Below, one piece after another: positions 39,760-52,050 of a stretch of DNA of 64,000 bases (its first letter is position 1; each line of letters opens with the position of its first letter). A program made the position numbers and the translations under genes. This DNA comes from Lytechinus pictus. Lineage: Eukaryota. The notes beneath the pieces were generated by a model, which had not been told where the DNA came from, did not search any database, and saw nothing but the letters and a program-made list of their open reading frames with translations. The DNA lies in the NCBI RefSeq assembly GCF_037042905.1, contig NC_087250.1, positions 25,546,001 to 25,610,000 on the forward strand, written 5' to 3'.

Positions 39760-40123
39760 AAAAATAACGTCTTGAATCCCCCAGTGCGAAGTTGAGAATG
39801 AGCACACGTTTGCAATTCTTCCAGCGGGTGCGCACGTCCCGAAATCGCTTGCTATATTTCATTGGCTGTTCCCCGCATATAGGCGGAGCCTGCTCGGCAG
39901 TTGTTAAGCTATCACTAAGGACATTGCATTATGGGGCTAATGAGGCTGCTGTCGGCCAATCGCAGACCTGTTGTTGGGGGCGTGTCCTTGAAGATTTCCC
40001 GCGGAATACAAGCGCGCATTAATTGATCTTCACGAATTGTATGGAACGCTATTAGATACGTCTGCTGTAAGGACCTGCATTCTCTCACAAATGCGTCTAT
40101 TCGCTAATTCGAATAATCGTATT
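39760..40123 (-). repeat. Ngaro repeat A2
   Basis: Near-identical to 53126-53489. Confidence 0.9.
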
Positions 40124-40776
40124 GCGAGAATAAATACAGTTCACACATGAAATTGCCATTTCTCAACTTTTATTGTCACTGGGGGATATTCCCAGATTAA
40201 GAACAATTTTCCAACAATATTTAACAATTAAGCAAGATCAAACAATTGAGACCTCGGCGAAGGAGGTCCAAAGAAAGGGGGGTAACCGGGTCATGTGACC
40301 TGCGGAAGGAAGACATCCTACCGCGACTCCAGGGCAGGTATTTTCTGGGGTGCGGTTCCCCTATACAATTATCAACTATTCAATATTATGTTCTCGAGTG
40401 TCAGAGATGTAGGAGGGAGAGGCGTATATGAGTATGAAATATTGGAGGGGGAACCGGGTCACATGACCTGCCGGAAGGAAGACATCCGACCGGGACTCCA
40501 GGACAGGTATTTCCTGGGTGCGGTTCCCCTATACATTTTTCATCTATTCAATATTATAGTTATCTCGTGTGTCAGGAGGGGGAGAGGTTTCAAGACATGA
40601 ATGTGAAATCTTGGAGGGGGAACCTGGTCATGTGACCTGCCGGGAGGAAGAAATCCATCCGGAATTCCAAGCCAGGAGACTCAGAAAGACGCGTTCCCCT
40701 CTCCAATATTTAATGACCCAATAAGTACACAGTCCCTCCCCCTGGTGTTGAAATTTTTGTGAAATAAGACAGAAAC
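40124..40776 (-). repeat. Ngaro repeat B1
   Basis: Near-identical to 38703-39356 and directly adjacent to A2. Confidence 0.9.
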
Positions 40777-40859
40777 ACCCATCCAAAAAGGAAACCCCAA
40801 ATTTTTTTTCTTTTTTTTTGCCATCCTCCTAGCGACCACACTTCCTGAACCGTTACCTG

Positions 40860-41443
40860 TTAGGCAGCCAAGGATTGTAAAGCGATCCGGAAGTCATTTA
40901 TGAGCAGATCGCTACCACTATCAGATAAGTGTACCCCGTCTCGAAAGTACTGCCTGTGGTCCTGTATGCTTATGTTGTGATGCAGATAAGATGCTCGAAA
41001 CATTCTCCTTACTTTTCCCCGGGCATGTTTGTTAATAGTCTTACGGCAGTTGTTCAACGCCAATTGGGAGTGCGGACCATCTGATCTGCCGTAGTAAAAT
41101 AGCCTTGGTACGATTTCAGAAAAGCAGATGTGGCTGTTCGGAAGCTGCTGTCTGATAGACAGGAGAGTCTCGTCGACCGCCTGTCTGCAGTTCTTCACTG
41201 GGTGTCTACCGATGTTATTGGTGCCCGCATGAAGAATCACCACGTCCGGGGTAGCGTGATGCTTTAGCAGAGACTGTACAGACTTGGCCAGGTCATGCAT
41301 TTCAAGGCCGCCCCTCCCGAACCACCGGACTTGGCTCCCTGGCTGAACCTCAAGGTTTTGGAGACCTGTCGCCTTGGCCCTTTCTCCGGCCCTTCGCACT
41401 AGGCTGTCTCCTACGATCCATATCCTCCGGTTGCCTGTTGGTC
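40860..41443 (-). CDS. SGNH/GDSL hydrolase ORF of the Ngaro element
   Basis: IWIVGDSL (upstream of the ORF-track start), FGRGG, HAGTNN, DGVH. Preceded by a splice acceptor. Confidence 0.85.
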
Positions 41444-41886
41444 CTGCATGACAAAGAAATTATACTATCACGAGCATCATATATCTTTCGACTCTTGGGT
41501 GAATCCCCCCACAATGCGTAATTGTAATTGCTACCGCTTCAATATTTGTTTACTTCCTATATCGTGCTTTGTCCATTTTCTTCCATGGTTATCCTTATAT
41601 GTGCTACCTATTTTTTCATTTTTATTTATTTCTTATTATTATTATCTTTTTTTTTTTTTTTTTTAAATATGTATTAATAGATTCATAATTCACTTCCTTG
41701 TGTTGTATTATCCGTTAAACTCAATGGGATACGTCCTACATTAAATGACAGACTTTTTACCCTTCCTTCTTCCTGGTCGTAACATAGTTAGGCTTCCCTA
41801 TAGTCAAGTGCTTATACCTCATACTTGTACAAACCAAAATCATAAGCTTGTTTGCATCAACATAATGATAGAAATCTCAGTTCCCC

Positions 41887-42800
41887 TCAAATTCTCACAT
41901 ATGTTTTAAACGCACTGCTCCGCCATCTGCCCATTTCTTGAAGCTGTTCTTCTGTCGCTCCTCCAATGGCCGCTGTAGTGGCGGCCACAATTCGGAAGGA
42001 ATGGGTCCCATATTTCTCTGCTTCAAAGCCGGAGACTCCCAAGACTCTCCTCAACACAGCTCTAAACTGATACCTAGTTAGCGGTGACCCATTTGCATGG
42101 CAGAAGAGGGGGCCTTGCATCACTGGCCTCATTTTCAGATATCTAACCATCGCCCCTACTGGACAGCTGCTGTTCAATCCATTTCGCTTTATCTTCAGAG
42201 TTGTTGAAGTGCCATATTGATCTGTCTTTGAGAATCGAATGGTAACCAACAGGTAAGCTTCTTTAGAGCTTTGGAAAACACTTATGTCTTGGTCAAGGAG
42301 GGTCCTGTCTTCGGTCCCACCTGTGCCGTCTACCGTGAACTCACCAACCCGCAGCATTCCGAAAAAGGCTAACAGAAATGATGCCTGAAACATGACGGCT
42401 TCATAATGGGTTACACAGATGAGACAGAGGTTAGGTAAAATATTGACAAGGACATCCCATGTTATAGGCCTGCGCCAATCTTTCCTCTTCCGGCCTCGCC
42501 TGCTTCCTTCAATCATCTTCCTGATCAGAAAATGGGTGGTCGGGTCAAGCCAGCTGTATATCTTATGCAAGTATGATAGCGCTGCCACATGAAGTGTTAT
42601 AGTTGATGGTGCTCTACCACTCAGTGACATATGCGCGATAAATGACATGACCTGCTGGGGAGTAGCCGGCCAAGATGAATCCAGCATGCTCGCCAGTCGG
42701 AATCGCCGGAACGAGTCGATAGCTCTCTGGTACGAGGTCTTGGTCCCCTTAGTTGTAGCATCTGAAATAAGCCGGCATACCTCCTGCTCTATATCCGCTA
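41887..42800 (-). CDS. Tyrosine recombinase of the Ngaro element
   Basis: Motifs FGMLRVGE, SKTDQ, HSFRI, GRWRSSAFKTY. The frame is open upstream of Met 42687 and overlaps the end of pol. Confidence 0.92.
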
Positions 42801-44657
42801 AATGCTTTCTGGTATTGGTGTTGATGTTGCATCCGCCTGTGGTGCCAGCGTGTGGAACCTGCTCATCTGTAACCGGGATAGAGAGTCAGCAATATCATTT
42901 TCTTTTGTGGCGATATAGACTGCCTTGACTATCGTGTCTCTCTTCAAACATTGGAGAACTAGGGTTCTTACAAGTGACATTATTCTTGGGCAATGGGATG
43001 TCTGTTTGTTTATAACATTCTTGATGGCCATATTATCGGTATGAAGTCTAATTCGCTTCCCTGCTAGATCGGAACCCCATACCAACAGTGCTACGGCTAT
43101 TGGGACCATCTCTTTCCATGCAATGGAATAGTCCCCAGATAGAACAAAAGGGGGCCAATGGCCGCAAAACCATTTGCCATGAAAGTAACCACCGAAACCT
43201 ATTGTACCACTCGCGTCAATGAAGAGGTCAAGATCAAAGTCACTCTCCCAGCGACCCGGTCGAACTATAGTCACCCCATTGAAGTCATCTAGGAAGGCGA
43301 GCCATGTTGTTAGATCGGACTTTGTTCCCTCTGAGAGTTGTATTACACTGTCCGGTTTTGAAATTTTCTTTGTCTGATCTGTTAACCTCCTCAGAAAGGC
43401 CCTACCCGGTTTAACCGCCCTACATATAAAATTAAGCGACCCGATCAAGGACTGTATCTCCTTCAAAGACAAGGATTGCTTCCTAATTGTCTCTGTGATA
43501 TTCCGTTTCAATTGTGTCCTTTTCTCGCAAGGGACTCTTACTTCCATGCGTTCTGTGTCAATTTCAAGGCCTAGAAATGTAAGTCTGGTTGTGGGACCCT
43601 CTGACTTCTCTTGAGCGAGGGGGACCCCCAGTTCTTTGCATAATGTCCTAAACTCTTGGATAATTTCTAGACATGAGAGGCCCCCTCCCTTGGCTGAACC
43701 CACTGCTAAAAAATCATCCATGTAATGTATCAGCCGATCGGTTCCCAGTTTGTCTCTCACACAGAATTCGAGGAAGGATGAAAACTTTTCGAAATATGCT
43801 GGTGCACACCGAATGCCCATCGGGAGACATCTGTCAACATAATACAGACCCTGAAATTTCACACCCAACAATTCAAAATCCCGGGGATTTATAGGGAGCA
43901 ACCTGAAAGCTGACTTAATGTCTTCCTTTGCCAGCTGCACTCCTCTACCGATCCTTGACACTATGTCTACTGCATCGTCAAAGCTACTATATTCAACTTT
44001 ACATGCATCCTCCCGTATGAAATCATTTATAGAAAGACCTGTATGATAGGAAAGATGGTGAATTAACCTGTATTCTCCAGGAGTTCTTTTTGGCACAAGA
44101 CCAATAGGGCTGACCCTAAGGTTGGTCAGTGGTCTCTTGTCAAATGGTCCTAAATATCTACCTAGCCTAACTTCTTTATCAATTTTCTTCTTCGCCTCTT
44201 CCCTGTTGTGTTCCACTGATTTTAGATTCGGAAAATCGACTGGCATCCGGGGGCCTGTATAATTCAAGTCAAAACCAAACATAAAACCTAACTTAACAAA
44301 TTCGGCAGTCCTTTTGTCGGGATAGTCCCTTAATTTGGTAACTAACTTCTCAACCAAAACTGGAGTCGGGACTAACGCTGGCAAAAGACTAGGCCAACAC
44401 TCTATACCTAATTCTACTTTATCCCTACTTTTGCCCCTGGCCTCCAGTTGCTTGCAAGAACTTGGGGCACTTGACTTTCCCGTGTCCCGGGATGCCACAT
44501 GCAACGCACTTATGTAAGAATCTGCATTGCTGCCTATTGCAGATCCCTGGTCCGAAATTGAGCTCGTAACATACATTTGACGCGCTTGGCGTTCGCTCAC
44601 TGCTAACCTTTCGGTGGTCCGAATTTTGCCTCCACCCCCCGGCCTGCTGGCGGGCAA
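42798..44657 (-). CDS. Ngaro RT + RNase H
   Basis: Open 619-aa ORF with SPIGLVPK, YRLIHHLS, DIKSAFR, LPMG, YMDD, DAS, TDN, ADSLSR. Confidence 0.93.
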   Translation of the reverse strand: MPASRPGGGGKIRTTERLAVSERQARQMYVTSSISDQGSAIGSNADSYISALHVASRDTGKSSAPSSCKQLEARGKSRDKVELGIECWPSLLPALVPTPVLVEKLVTKLRDYPDKRTAEFVKLGFMFGFDLNYTGPRMPVDFPNLKSVEHNREEAKKKIDKEVRLGRYLGPFDKRPLTNLRVSPIGLVPKRTPGEYRLIHHLSYHTGLSINDFIREDACKVEYSSFDDAVDIVSRIGRGVQLAKEDIKSAFRLLPINPRDFELLGVKFQGLYYVDRCLPMGIRCAPAYFEKFSSFLEFCVRDKLGTDRLIHYMDDFLAVGSAKGGGLSCLEIIQEFRTLCKELGVPLAQEKSEGPTTRLTFLGLEIDTERMEVRVPCEKRTQLKRNITETIRKQSLSLKEIQSLIGSLNFICRAVKPGRAFLRRLTDQTKKISKPDSVIQLSEGTKSDLTTWLAFLDDFNGVTIVRPGRWESDFDLDLFIDASGTIGFGGYFHGKWFCGHWPPFVLSGDYSIAWKEMVPIAVALLVWGSDLAGKRIRLHTDNMAIKNVINKQTSHCPRIMSLVRTLVLQCLKRDTIVKAVYIATKENDIADSLSRLQMSRFHTLAPQADATSTPIPESI

Positions 44658-44763
44658 AGGGAAATTGACCAGGAGATGTGTAGTTGTTCTTCCCGTATCC
44701 TGTCAGTCTATAGCTCGAGGGGTTATGGGCCCCTTGCTTCGGAGAACCCCCACCGACCACATA
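44425..44763 (-). pseudogene. Ngaro gag C-terminus (Cys/His zinc fingers)
   Basis: CYELN...CNRQQCRFLHKCVACGIPGHGKVKC. Rejoins as GELWLMYVV once the insertion is removed. Confidence 0.85.
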
Positions 44764-45884
44764 CATGAGCCGGTTCCATGACAATTGCTCCGCCGACATT
44801 TGCTCCGCCGACAATTGCTACGCAAAATACGACAACTGCTCCGCCGACAATTGCTCCGGACAGTTGCTCCGCCGACAGTTGCTCCGTCGACACTTGCTCC
44901 GCCGATATTTGCTCCGTCGACACTTGCTCCGCCGATATTTGCTCCGCCGATATTTGCTCCGCCGATATTTGCTCCGTCGACATCTGCTCCGCCGAAAATT
45001 GCTCCGCCGACATTTGCTCCACCGATAATTGCTCCGCCGACATCTGCTCCGATTATACGACAATTGCTCCGCCGATATTTGCTCCGCCGAAAATTGCTCC
45101 GATTTTACGACAATTGCTCCACCGATATTTTCTCCGACGAAAATTGCTCCGATTATACGACAATTGCTCCGCCGATATTTTCTCCGCCGAAAATTGCTCC
45201 GATTATACGACAATTGCATGAACATCTTATTTCTCCAATGATACAAATTGCTTGTTGTTGTTTTGTTCTTGTTATTCGTTAATGTTTTATTCATTTTATT
45301 CTCCCCCTATCATCACAGCTCCCTGCTGCTGCCACTTGACAAATTGTAACGGAGAAGGGGAATGACACACTCCTCATTGAAATTGTGAATCTGGATTTTT
45401 GTTCATATATCATTATCATTGGTTTCACTCCGGTCTTGAGCGGGGAGAGAATTTGGGGGGGGGGGGTGCTGGACACAATATCTCTTCTATTTTCAAGCAA
45501 CTTATACACCATACATTCGCGCGGGCTCTCTCTCTCTCTTTTTCTCGTTTTGTTCTTTCACGTTGTTTATTTTCATTAGTGACTGCTTGATTTATTGTAT
45601 ATTTATCAGCATTATAATTATTAATATTTTTATCAATAATTTTTATTTACGTCTTGGGCCAATTACCCTTGCACCAGTTTTCTTTCAATTTGTTTCAAAC
45701 GAAAGTATGATAATCACTGGCGTACAGATGGGGGAGGGGCATGCTAGTGGCCACGGATCCCCCCCCCCCCCCTTTCTCCCTACCAATGAAAAAAAAAGAA
45801 TAAAGGAAAGGAAAATAAATGTCATCCTTGTCTGGCCCCCTCCATTTCTTTTTGTTGGCTCATTGCGAAACTGGTGAGTTACTA

Positions 45885-46208
45885 GCGTTGTGGAGCGTTG
45901 TGGCCCAGTGGATTAGTCTTCTGACTTTGAAACAGAGGGTCGTGGGTTCGAATCCCAGCCGTGGCGTAATTTCCTTCAGCAAGAAATTCATCCACATTGT
46001 GCTGCACTCAACCCAGGTGAGGTGAATGGGTACCTGGCAGGAATTGATTCCTTGAAATGCGTGTGCGCTGTAATCTTAGTAATTACGGTTGCCAAGCTAC
46101 AGCTGGGGTAATAATATCCAAGTCCTTTGGAAGCGCATAGAGACATTATTCATTAGGTGATATGCGCTATACAAGAACTGTTTATTATCATTATTATTAT
46201 TATTACTA
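45885..46208 (+). mobile_element. tRNA-derived SINE
   Basis: A box TGGCCCAGTGG, B box GGTTCGAATCC, core-like CACTCAACCCAGGTG...AATGGGTACC, (ATT)n tail. It is absent at the homologous site in foldback copy 2 (about 56880). Confidence 0.85.
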
Positions 46209-46748
46209 TAAAACTAGACTTCGGTTGTATTTTTGTTCTATTCTGTGCAATAGCGACAATATAAATATATTTTAATAACTGAATATGTATCTCCCTCATT
46301 ACGTCTAAACAAATAATGTTATTTCTAAAAGACAATAATATATATACCAGTAATAATATAGTTACAAATTCATGAAACCCAATACGCATCTAACTGAATT
46401 TATAATGCGAGCACGAAGCGCGAGCTGTTATTGACTTGGAAAGGGGACATTTATACGTTTTTTTTTCAATTGTAAACATGAAGCATATATCTCGGGGGGG
46501 GGGGGGGTATCTCGTAAAAGAAATGAGAGCGCGATGCGCTAATTTAATATTTTTGAGTTTATTTACCAGAAAAGGGACATTTTGAGATCGTGAACTTGAG
46601 ACATATTCAAGGAGTGGACCAAGCTTTCGCCACTAGGGCTGGGGGTGGAAAAAACATTTTCATCCTTTTTTTCGCCGATCAGCCGCTAAAAGCGGAGTTT
46701 TATTTTTTTGTTAAGGGTTAGTCCTAACTAAATACTAAAGTTTAAAGT

Positions 46749-47210
46749 GGAACCGTCGTGGTGTGGTGTAGCAGTTCTGACTCTTGGCTTGTACTTAAAC
46801 GGTCGTGTTTTCGAATCCCACCTTGGTGTAGCATCCTTTGGCAAGTCGTTAATCAACACTTTGCCATTCTCAACCCTGGTGCTAAATTGTAAGATGTGAA
46901 AGTTACTGTAGCTTGTCCTGCATGTCCTACATTGTGTGCGCCTCATCGCCGGTGACAGGCTGGGATACTCCCCACTCCCCCAGGGAATGGAGGATGTGCA
47001 TACGTTGTGTGCGGGAATAGCTGATTAAAAAATGATGACCGGGGTGATAAATATGTAAGCGCTTAGATACATACAATGTCTTATGCGCATTATAGATAAC
47101 CAGATGATTGTTATTGTCATTATTATTTTTATTATTATTATTATTACTATTTTCATCATAATTACTATTATCATTATTGTTATAACTAGTAGTAGTATTA
47201 TTTGTATTAT
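46749..47210 (+). mobile_element. Diverged tRNA-derived SINE
   Basis: Degenerate A/B boxes, CTCAACCCTGGTG core, long (ATT)n tail. Confidence 0.65.
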
Positions 47211-47335
47211 ATTTCATTCTCCTTCATTTCATCTTTTAAAAATATTTCAAAATATTGTTGATATCCGTTCCAGAAATTAGTCAAAAGGATACGTATCTCG
47301 CCAATTAAATTATGGGGGGGGGGGGGGGGGGCTAA

Positions 47336-48648
47336 AGCCCCAGTCACATATAGATATCGGACCACCCCGGACCATCCCGGATCTGATCCGGGGTGGTCCG
47401 GGGAGAGATCCGTGTTGGCGCCTTTGGCATCCTTGGAGGTCCGGGGTGGTCCGTGTTTGTCCTTGAACGTCCGGGAGGCCAACACGGCAGTTTTTGACTG
47501 TCAAAAACATCCGGCGTCATCCGTGGACTGCCGGGTTGGCAAAGCCATCCGGGATGGTCCGTGTAGGTCCGTGTGGCTGCCGTGTAGGTCCGTGTAGCTG
47601 CCGTGTAGGTCCGTGTGGCTGCCTGGAGTATCCTTGGCAGTCCGTGTTCTTTTTTCCCATCAAATCTTTACAACGCTATTTACTTTATGAACTTTTCAGG
47701 AGTTGTTAAACAGTTGACACAAACATGCTTAATTTATTTATGATTAAATGGATGATTTAACGATTCAGAATATTTTCTTACGTTTTGGAGATCGGCCCCA
47801 ACCTAATATTTGTAAACTTAGTGCATGTATCAATAATTCTTTTTTTTATTTATAAATATTTACCCAAACTTTGTCTGTTATTACTATTTCACATTTCATT
47901 TTCTTAAAATAAATTGTATGTACCTGTTACATCAAAATTGCACATTAAGTTTTATACCACTGCCCTGCATCGACAGTTATGCGTCATGACCTGGGCCTAT
48001 CTTAATTTTTATTATGTTTTCTATTGACTTTGTAAATTTCTTTCCTTTACTGTGATTTCAACAAAGTGATATCAAATCAAATCGAAATTAAATTTGTCGT
48101 TCAATATTTAAAGTACTTAACAACTACTGTTATAACAGTAAACTGCGTTGTATAAAAAACAGCGTTTTTACTGGTTAAGGAAGTTTTAAGTTTTGATATC
48201 TTTTTTAAAAACAACATAATATAATGTTGCGACAAGGATGAGAAAAAATAAATAAATATCAGCTCATTATTATGAGCAGATTTTCATTTGCCGTGCTGGT
48301 CAATATAGCCGCCGTGTTGGTCCTTGAGCTGACGTGTTGGTCCGTGTAGCTGACGTGTTGGTCCGTGTAGCTGACTTGTTGGTCCGTGTTGGTGACGTGT
48401 AGGTCCGTGTTGCTGACGTGTTGGTCCGTGTAGCTGACGTGTTGGTCCATGTTGCTGACGTGTAGCTCCGTGTTGACGACGTGCTCTGCCGGCATGGTCC
48501 GTGTAGATCCGTGTGAAGATGCCGTGTAGATGCCGTGTTTACAGTCATCAACGCTTAATCCGGGGCAAAACGATCCCGGACCTCCCCGGATCATGCCGGC
48601 ATTGCCGTGTTGATCCGTGAGGATCCGTGTCTATATGTGACTGGGGCT
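47336..48648. mobile_element. PIF/Harbinger-type MITE
   Basis: TAA|AGCCCCAGTCACATATAGA ... TCTATATGTGACTGGGGCT|TTA, with 21-bp CCGTGT-rich subterminal tandem repeats. Confidence 0.85.
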
Positions 48649-49665
48649 TTAGCTGAAACTTTTTTTCATAGGTTATGAAAATGGAATATAAAAAAAAAAA
48701 ACATGATGATGTTCCGTATCTTACTAAATAGCGCAATATGCGAGCTGGGATCATTTATAGGCCTACTGGTATGACGATCACAGTGACATAATGCGCCAAA
48801 AATGGCTGATGGAACAATAGTTCTAAAAAGGATGCGAGCGAGCAAAGCGAGCGAGCAAAATTTTTGACATTTTTGATACAGAAATCTATTTTTTTTTTAA
48901 AGAAATTGACATACTATTCAGAAAATAATATACCATTTCTCCCTTTCCATTTCATTTTCTTTCTTGTTCTCTTTTTTTCTTGGTCGTGAAAAATTTGGGG
49001 GCACATGGCCCCCCAAGCCGCCCCCATCTCGCCAGTGGACGCCCATGATATTCCATGGAACTTGGGGCGCCCCACTGCGATTTTTTCTCTAGGAGCGTCG
49101 AGGAACGTATGATGGGATGTAGGCATGCGTGTTAGACCACGTTGCCGGGGAGGGGGGTCATTTTCATTACACAGCGTGTACGTCTTACGTGAAGACAAGG
49201 CGTTGGTTCAGTGCATACACCATGGAAATAATCGAAAACATCGGGGGGGGGGGTCAAACTCGGACATGAAGGGTTTCTTTATGTAAAAAAAAGAAGCCGA
49301 CAAACAGGACAAATTCGCTAGCAGTGCGAATTTCAGCGGAGTTCCCATTGTAGTGGGGCAATAACAACAGATGGACCACCAGCTTATGGCAACCCTCAGG
49401 GGCGTGTTGTCCATAAAGGCAGGGGCTGAAAAGGGCGGCGCAAGATATAAACTCTGGCCCTACCACGCAGCTGATCGGAAACCATTTACTCGGTGCAACG
49501 GATGATGTAAGGGCAAACATTTGGTCCTTGGCAATGGCAACCCGAGATGTGCAACGGCAGAGGTAATGTATGATGTTTAAAGAAAACAACAAAACAACAA
49601 CAACACTACCACATCCACAGTCATGAAGATGATAATGATGTTGATAATGATGACGATAATAATAT

Positions 49666-51209
49666 CAGTGGCGTAACAGGCGGGGGGCAGGCTGCCCCCC
49701 TGGCGGATTTCACCGGGAAAATAGAAAAGGGAGGGAGAAAGAAAGGGAAATGGAAAGGAAAGGGGAAAAGGAGAGGAGGAAAAGGAAAGGGAAAGGGAAA
49801 AGAAGACGACGATTTTTTTTTTTATGGAAAAGGAAGGAAAGCGGAAAAAGGAACAAAAGAAGAACATTTGAGAAAGATCAAATCATTCCAAAATAGGCCT
49901 AAGTAATGCAATAGCATGATGGGAAATAAATTAAAAGATGACAAAATGGCAAACAATAGCGAGAAATTAAGGTAAAATGGAATTAGTCAAAAGCTGAATT
50001 GGAAAACAAAGAAAAAGGGACCAGAAAAAAACAACTTTACACGACCGGGCTGCCGAGGATTGAAAATAAAGAGCGGGAAGAAAGATGGACTGCATACAAC
50101 ATTGTGCTATAGGGCCTAAACTTGCTTAAATTTTATGCAAATAAGCTACCGGGCTTTGCCCCAGACCCCACGCAGTAGGGGCTCTTCATCTATAACCTTC
50201 AAATGGTTCTATAACGCCCCCTGTAGGGACCCTTCCTACATTAAGCTTTACGTTCAATCACTGGCGTACAGGCGCGCGGGGGGTCTTGGTTCCACACCAA
50301 AGAGGAAATAAAATAAATTATAGGAGAAAACGTATAATGAACTAAATGGAAACAAATTATATGAAATGTGTTGTTTGTTGAATATAATGTAAAAACCTAT
50401 CACATAATTAGGATTTAATTTCAATAGGCAATTTTTTTCCAGCTCGTTTTGCTCGCTGGCGACTTTTTACAAATTTTCCCACATTGCTATGTTTTGCCCC
50501 CTAAAATGTTTGGTTCATTACGCAAATGGGTTGAATAAATGTGTTGTGTAAAAGGCAGCTATATTCTGTATATACCCGTGATTTGATTAAAAATAGCGGC
50601 AATGTGCGAGGTTTAAATGGCTTGGTATCAAGTTCCGGGGGCTCCGCTCCGGACCCCAACGAAATAGCACTGCCGTATATGAGTATGGAAGGGTTAGGCC
50701 ATGGTCCCCAAATGTTCTACAACCAAGACAAAAAAAATGGAGGAAAGAAAAGTAAAGAAAAAGTGTAGGATATGATTTTATTTAATGAATATAATGTCAA
50801 AAAATATCCCAAAGTTAGATTCTCATGAAAAGGTGATTCTTTTTCTCGCTCGCTTCGCTCCCTCGGGACTTTTTTTTTTACTCTTCACGCTACTGCCGCA
50901 AAGAATCCTGTTCACAGTGGCGTACAGACCACAAAAAAAGAATGGAAATAGAGAAGAGTGAAATATGATTCTCTGGATATCATGTCAAAATCCATCAAAA
51001 AATTGTTTTTTTGGTATTAAAAATGTCAAAATATTTGCTCGCTCGCAACTTTTTTTTTAAAAGATAAATTCTACCCGATACGCAATATCTGGTCCTCTCA
51101 AAATCGTCGCCTCATGACACCATTACGCCTGTTCATACCATGATATGACCGGGACATTTTTGGCTCTTGCCCCCCCCCCCCTTGGCCACCGACCCCTTTT
51201 ACGCCGCTG
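49666..51209. mobile_element. Non-autonomous DNA transposon (CAGTGGCGTA termini)
   Basis: CAGTGGCGTAAC ... TTTACGCCGCTG. An inverted homolog lies at 62762-63960. Confidence 0.7.
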
Positions 51210-52050
51210 CCCGCCCCCCCCCCTCACCATGAATAAGAATTAAGAATATGTATCCCTCCTTTGTGCTTACCCCTATTTTTTCTATTTCTCTATATGTTAT
51301 GCATGTATCACCTTTTTCCAAAACCGTGTACAAAAACGTAAAAATTACCATATGATTATGATTTTTAGCATGGTCAGTTCCCCGCTTTGAAAACCGTTCC
51401 GCGGCCCCTGTGTATGTCATGTAATATATCATGCAAGCATAGTTTAATTTTACTTTGCAATATATTATAATATACAAATTTGTAAATTGACGCCTTCAGC
51501 CTGTGCTACAATTGTTATGCGCATGAAAGTACAAAATAATTGTCGCATTATCGGAGCAATTTAGGGCGGAGCCATTGTCGGCGGAGCAGTTGTCGGCGGA
51601 GCAAATATTGACGGAGCAGATGTCGGCGGAGCAGATATCGGCGGAGCAATTTTTATCGGAGCAGATGTCGGCGGAGCAATTATCGGCGGAGCAATTGTCG
51701 TATAATGGGTGCAGATGTCGGTGGAGCAAATATCGGCGGAGCAATTGTCGCGGAGCAATTGTCGTATAATCGGAGCAGATGTCGGCGGAGCAATTATCGG
51801 TGGAGCAAATGTCGGCGGAGCAATTTTCGGCGGAGCAGATGTCGACGGAGCAAATATCAGCGGAGCAAATATCGGCGGAGCAAATATCGGCAGAGCAAGT
51901 GTCGACGGAGCAAATATCGGCGGAGCAAGTGTCGACGGAGCAACTGTCGGCGGAGCAACTGTCCGGAGCAATTGTCGGCGGAGCAGTTGTCGTATTTTGC
52001 GTAGCAATTGTCGGCGGAGCAGATGTCGGCGGAGCAATTGTCGGGTCACC

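Larger units (their letters stand above)
44772..52050. mobile_element. TU-like foldback DNA transposon, copy 1 (15-bp-repeat inverted arms, 8-bp TSD)
   Basis: CATGAGCC is duplicated at 44764-44771 and 52051-52058. Arms of TGCTCCGCCGAHAWY units at 44772-45220 and about 51545-52050. Confidence 0.9.

Noticed and set aside
41887..44657. Prokaryotic integrase/retron or phage contamination
   Set aside because: RT-RNaseH-YR with split direct repeats and a spliceosomal-intron context is a eukaryotic DIRS-order element.
44772..45220. 15-bp arrays as a CRISPR array or pentapeptide-repeat genes (SAEQI/CSADI/GGANI ORFs)
   Set aside because: There are no unique spacers or cas genes. The arrays are paired inverted arms bounded by TSDs and are open in many frames only because of the 15-bp period.
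48259..48594. TDQHVSY heptapeptide ORF
   Set aside because: It comes from the 21-bp subterminal repeats of the Harbinger MITE.
49250..49570. GC-richer segment as a captured host exon
   Set aside because: Only short ORFs with no recognisable motif.
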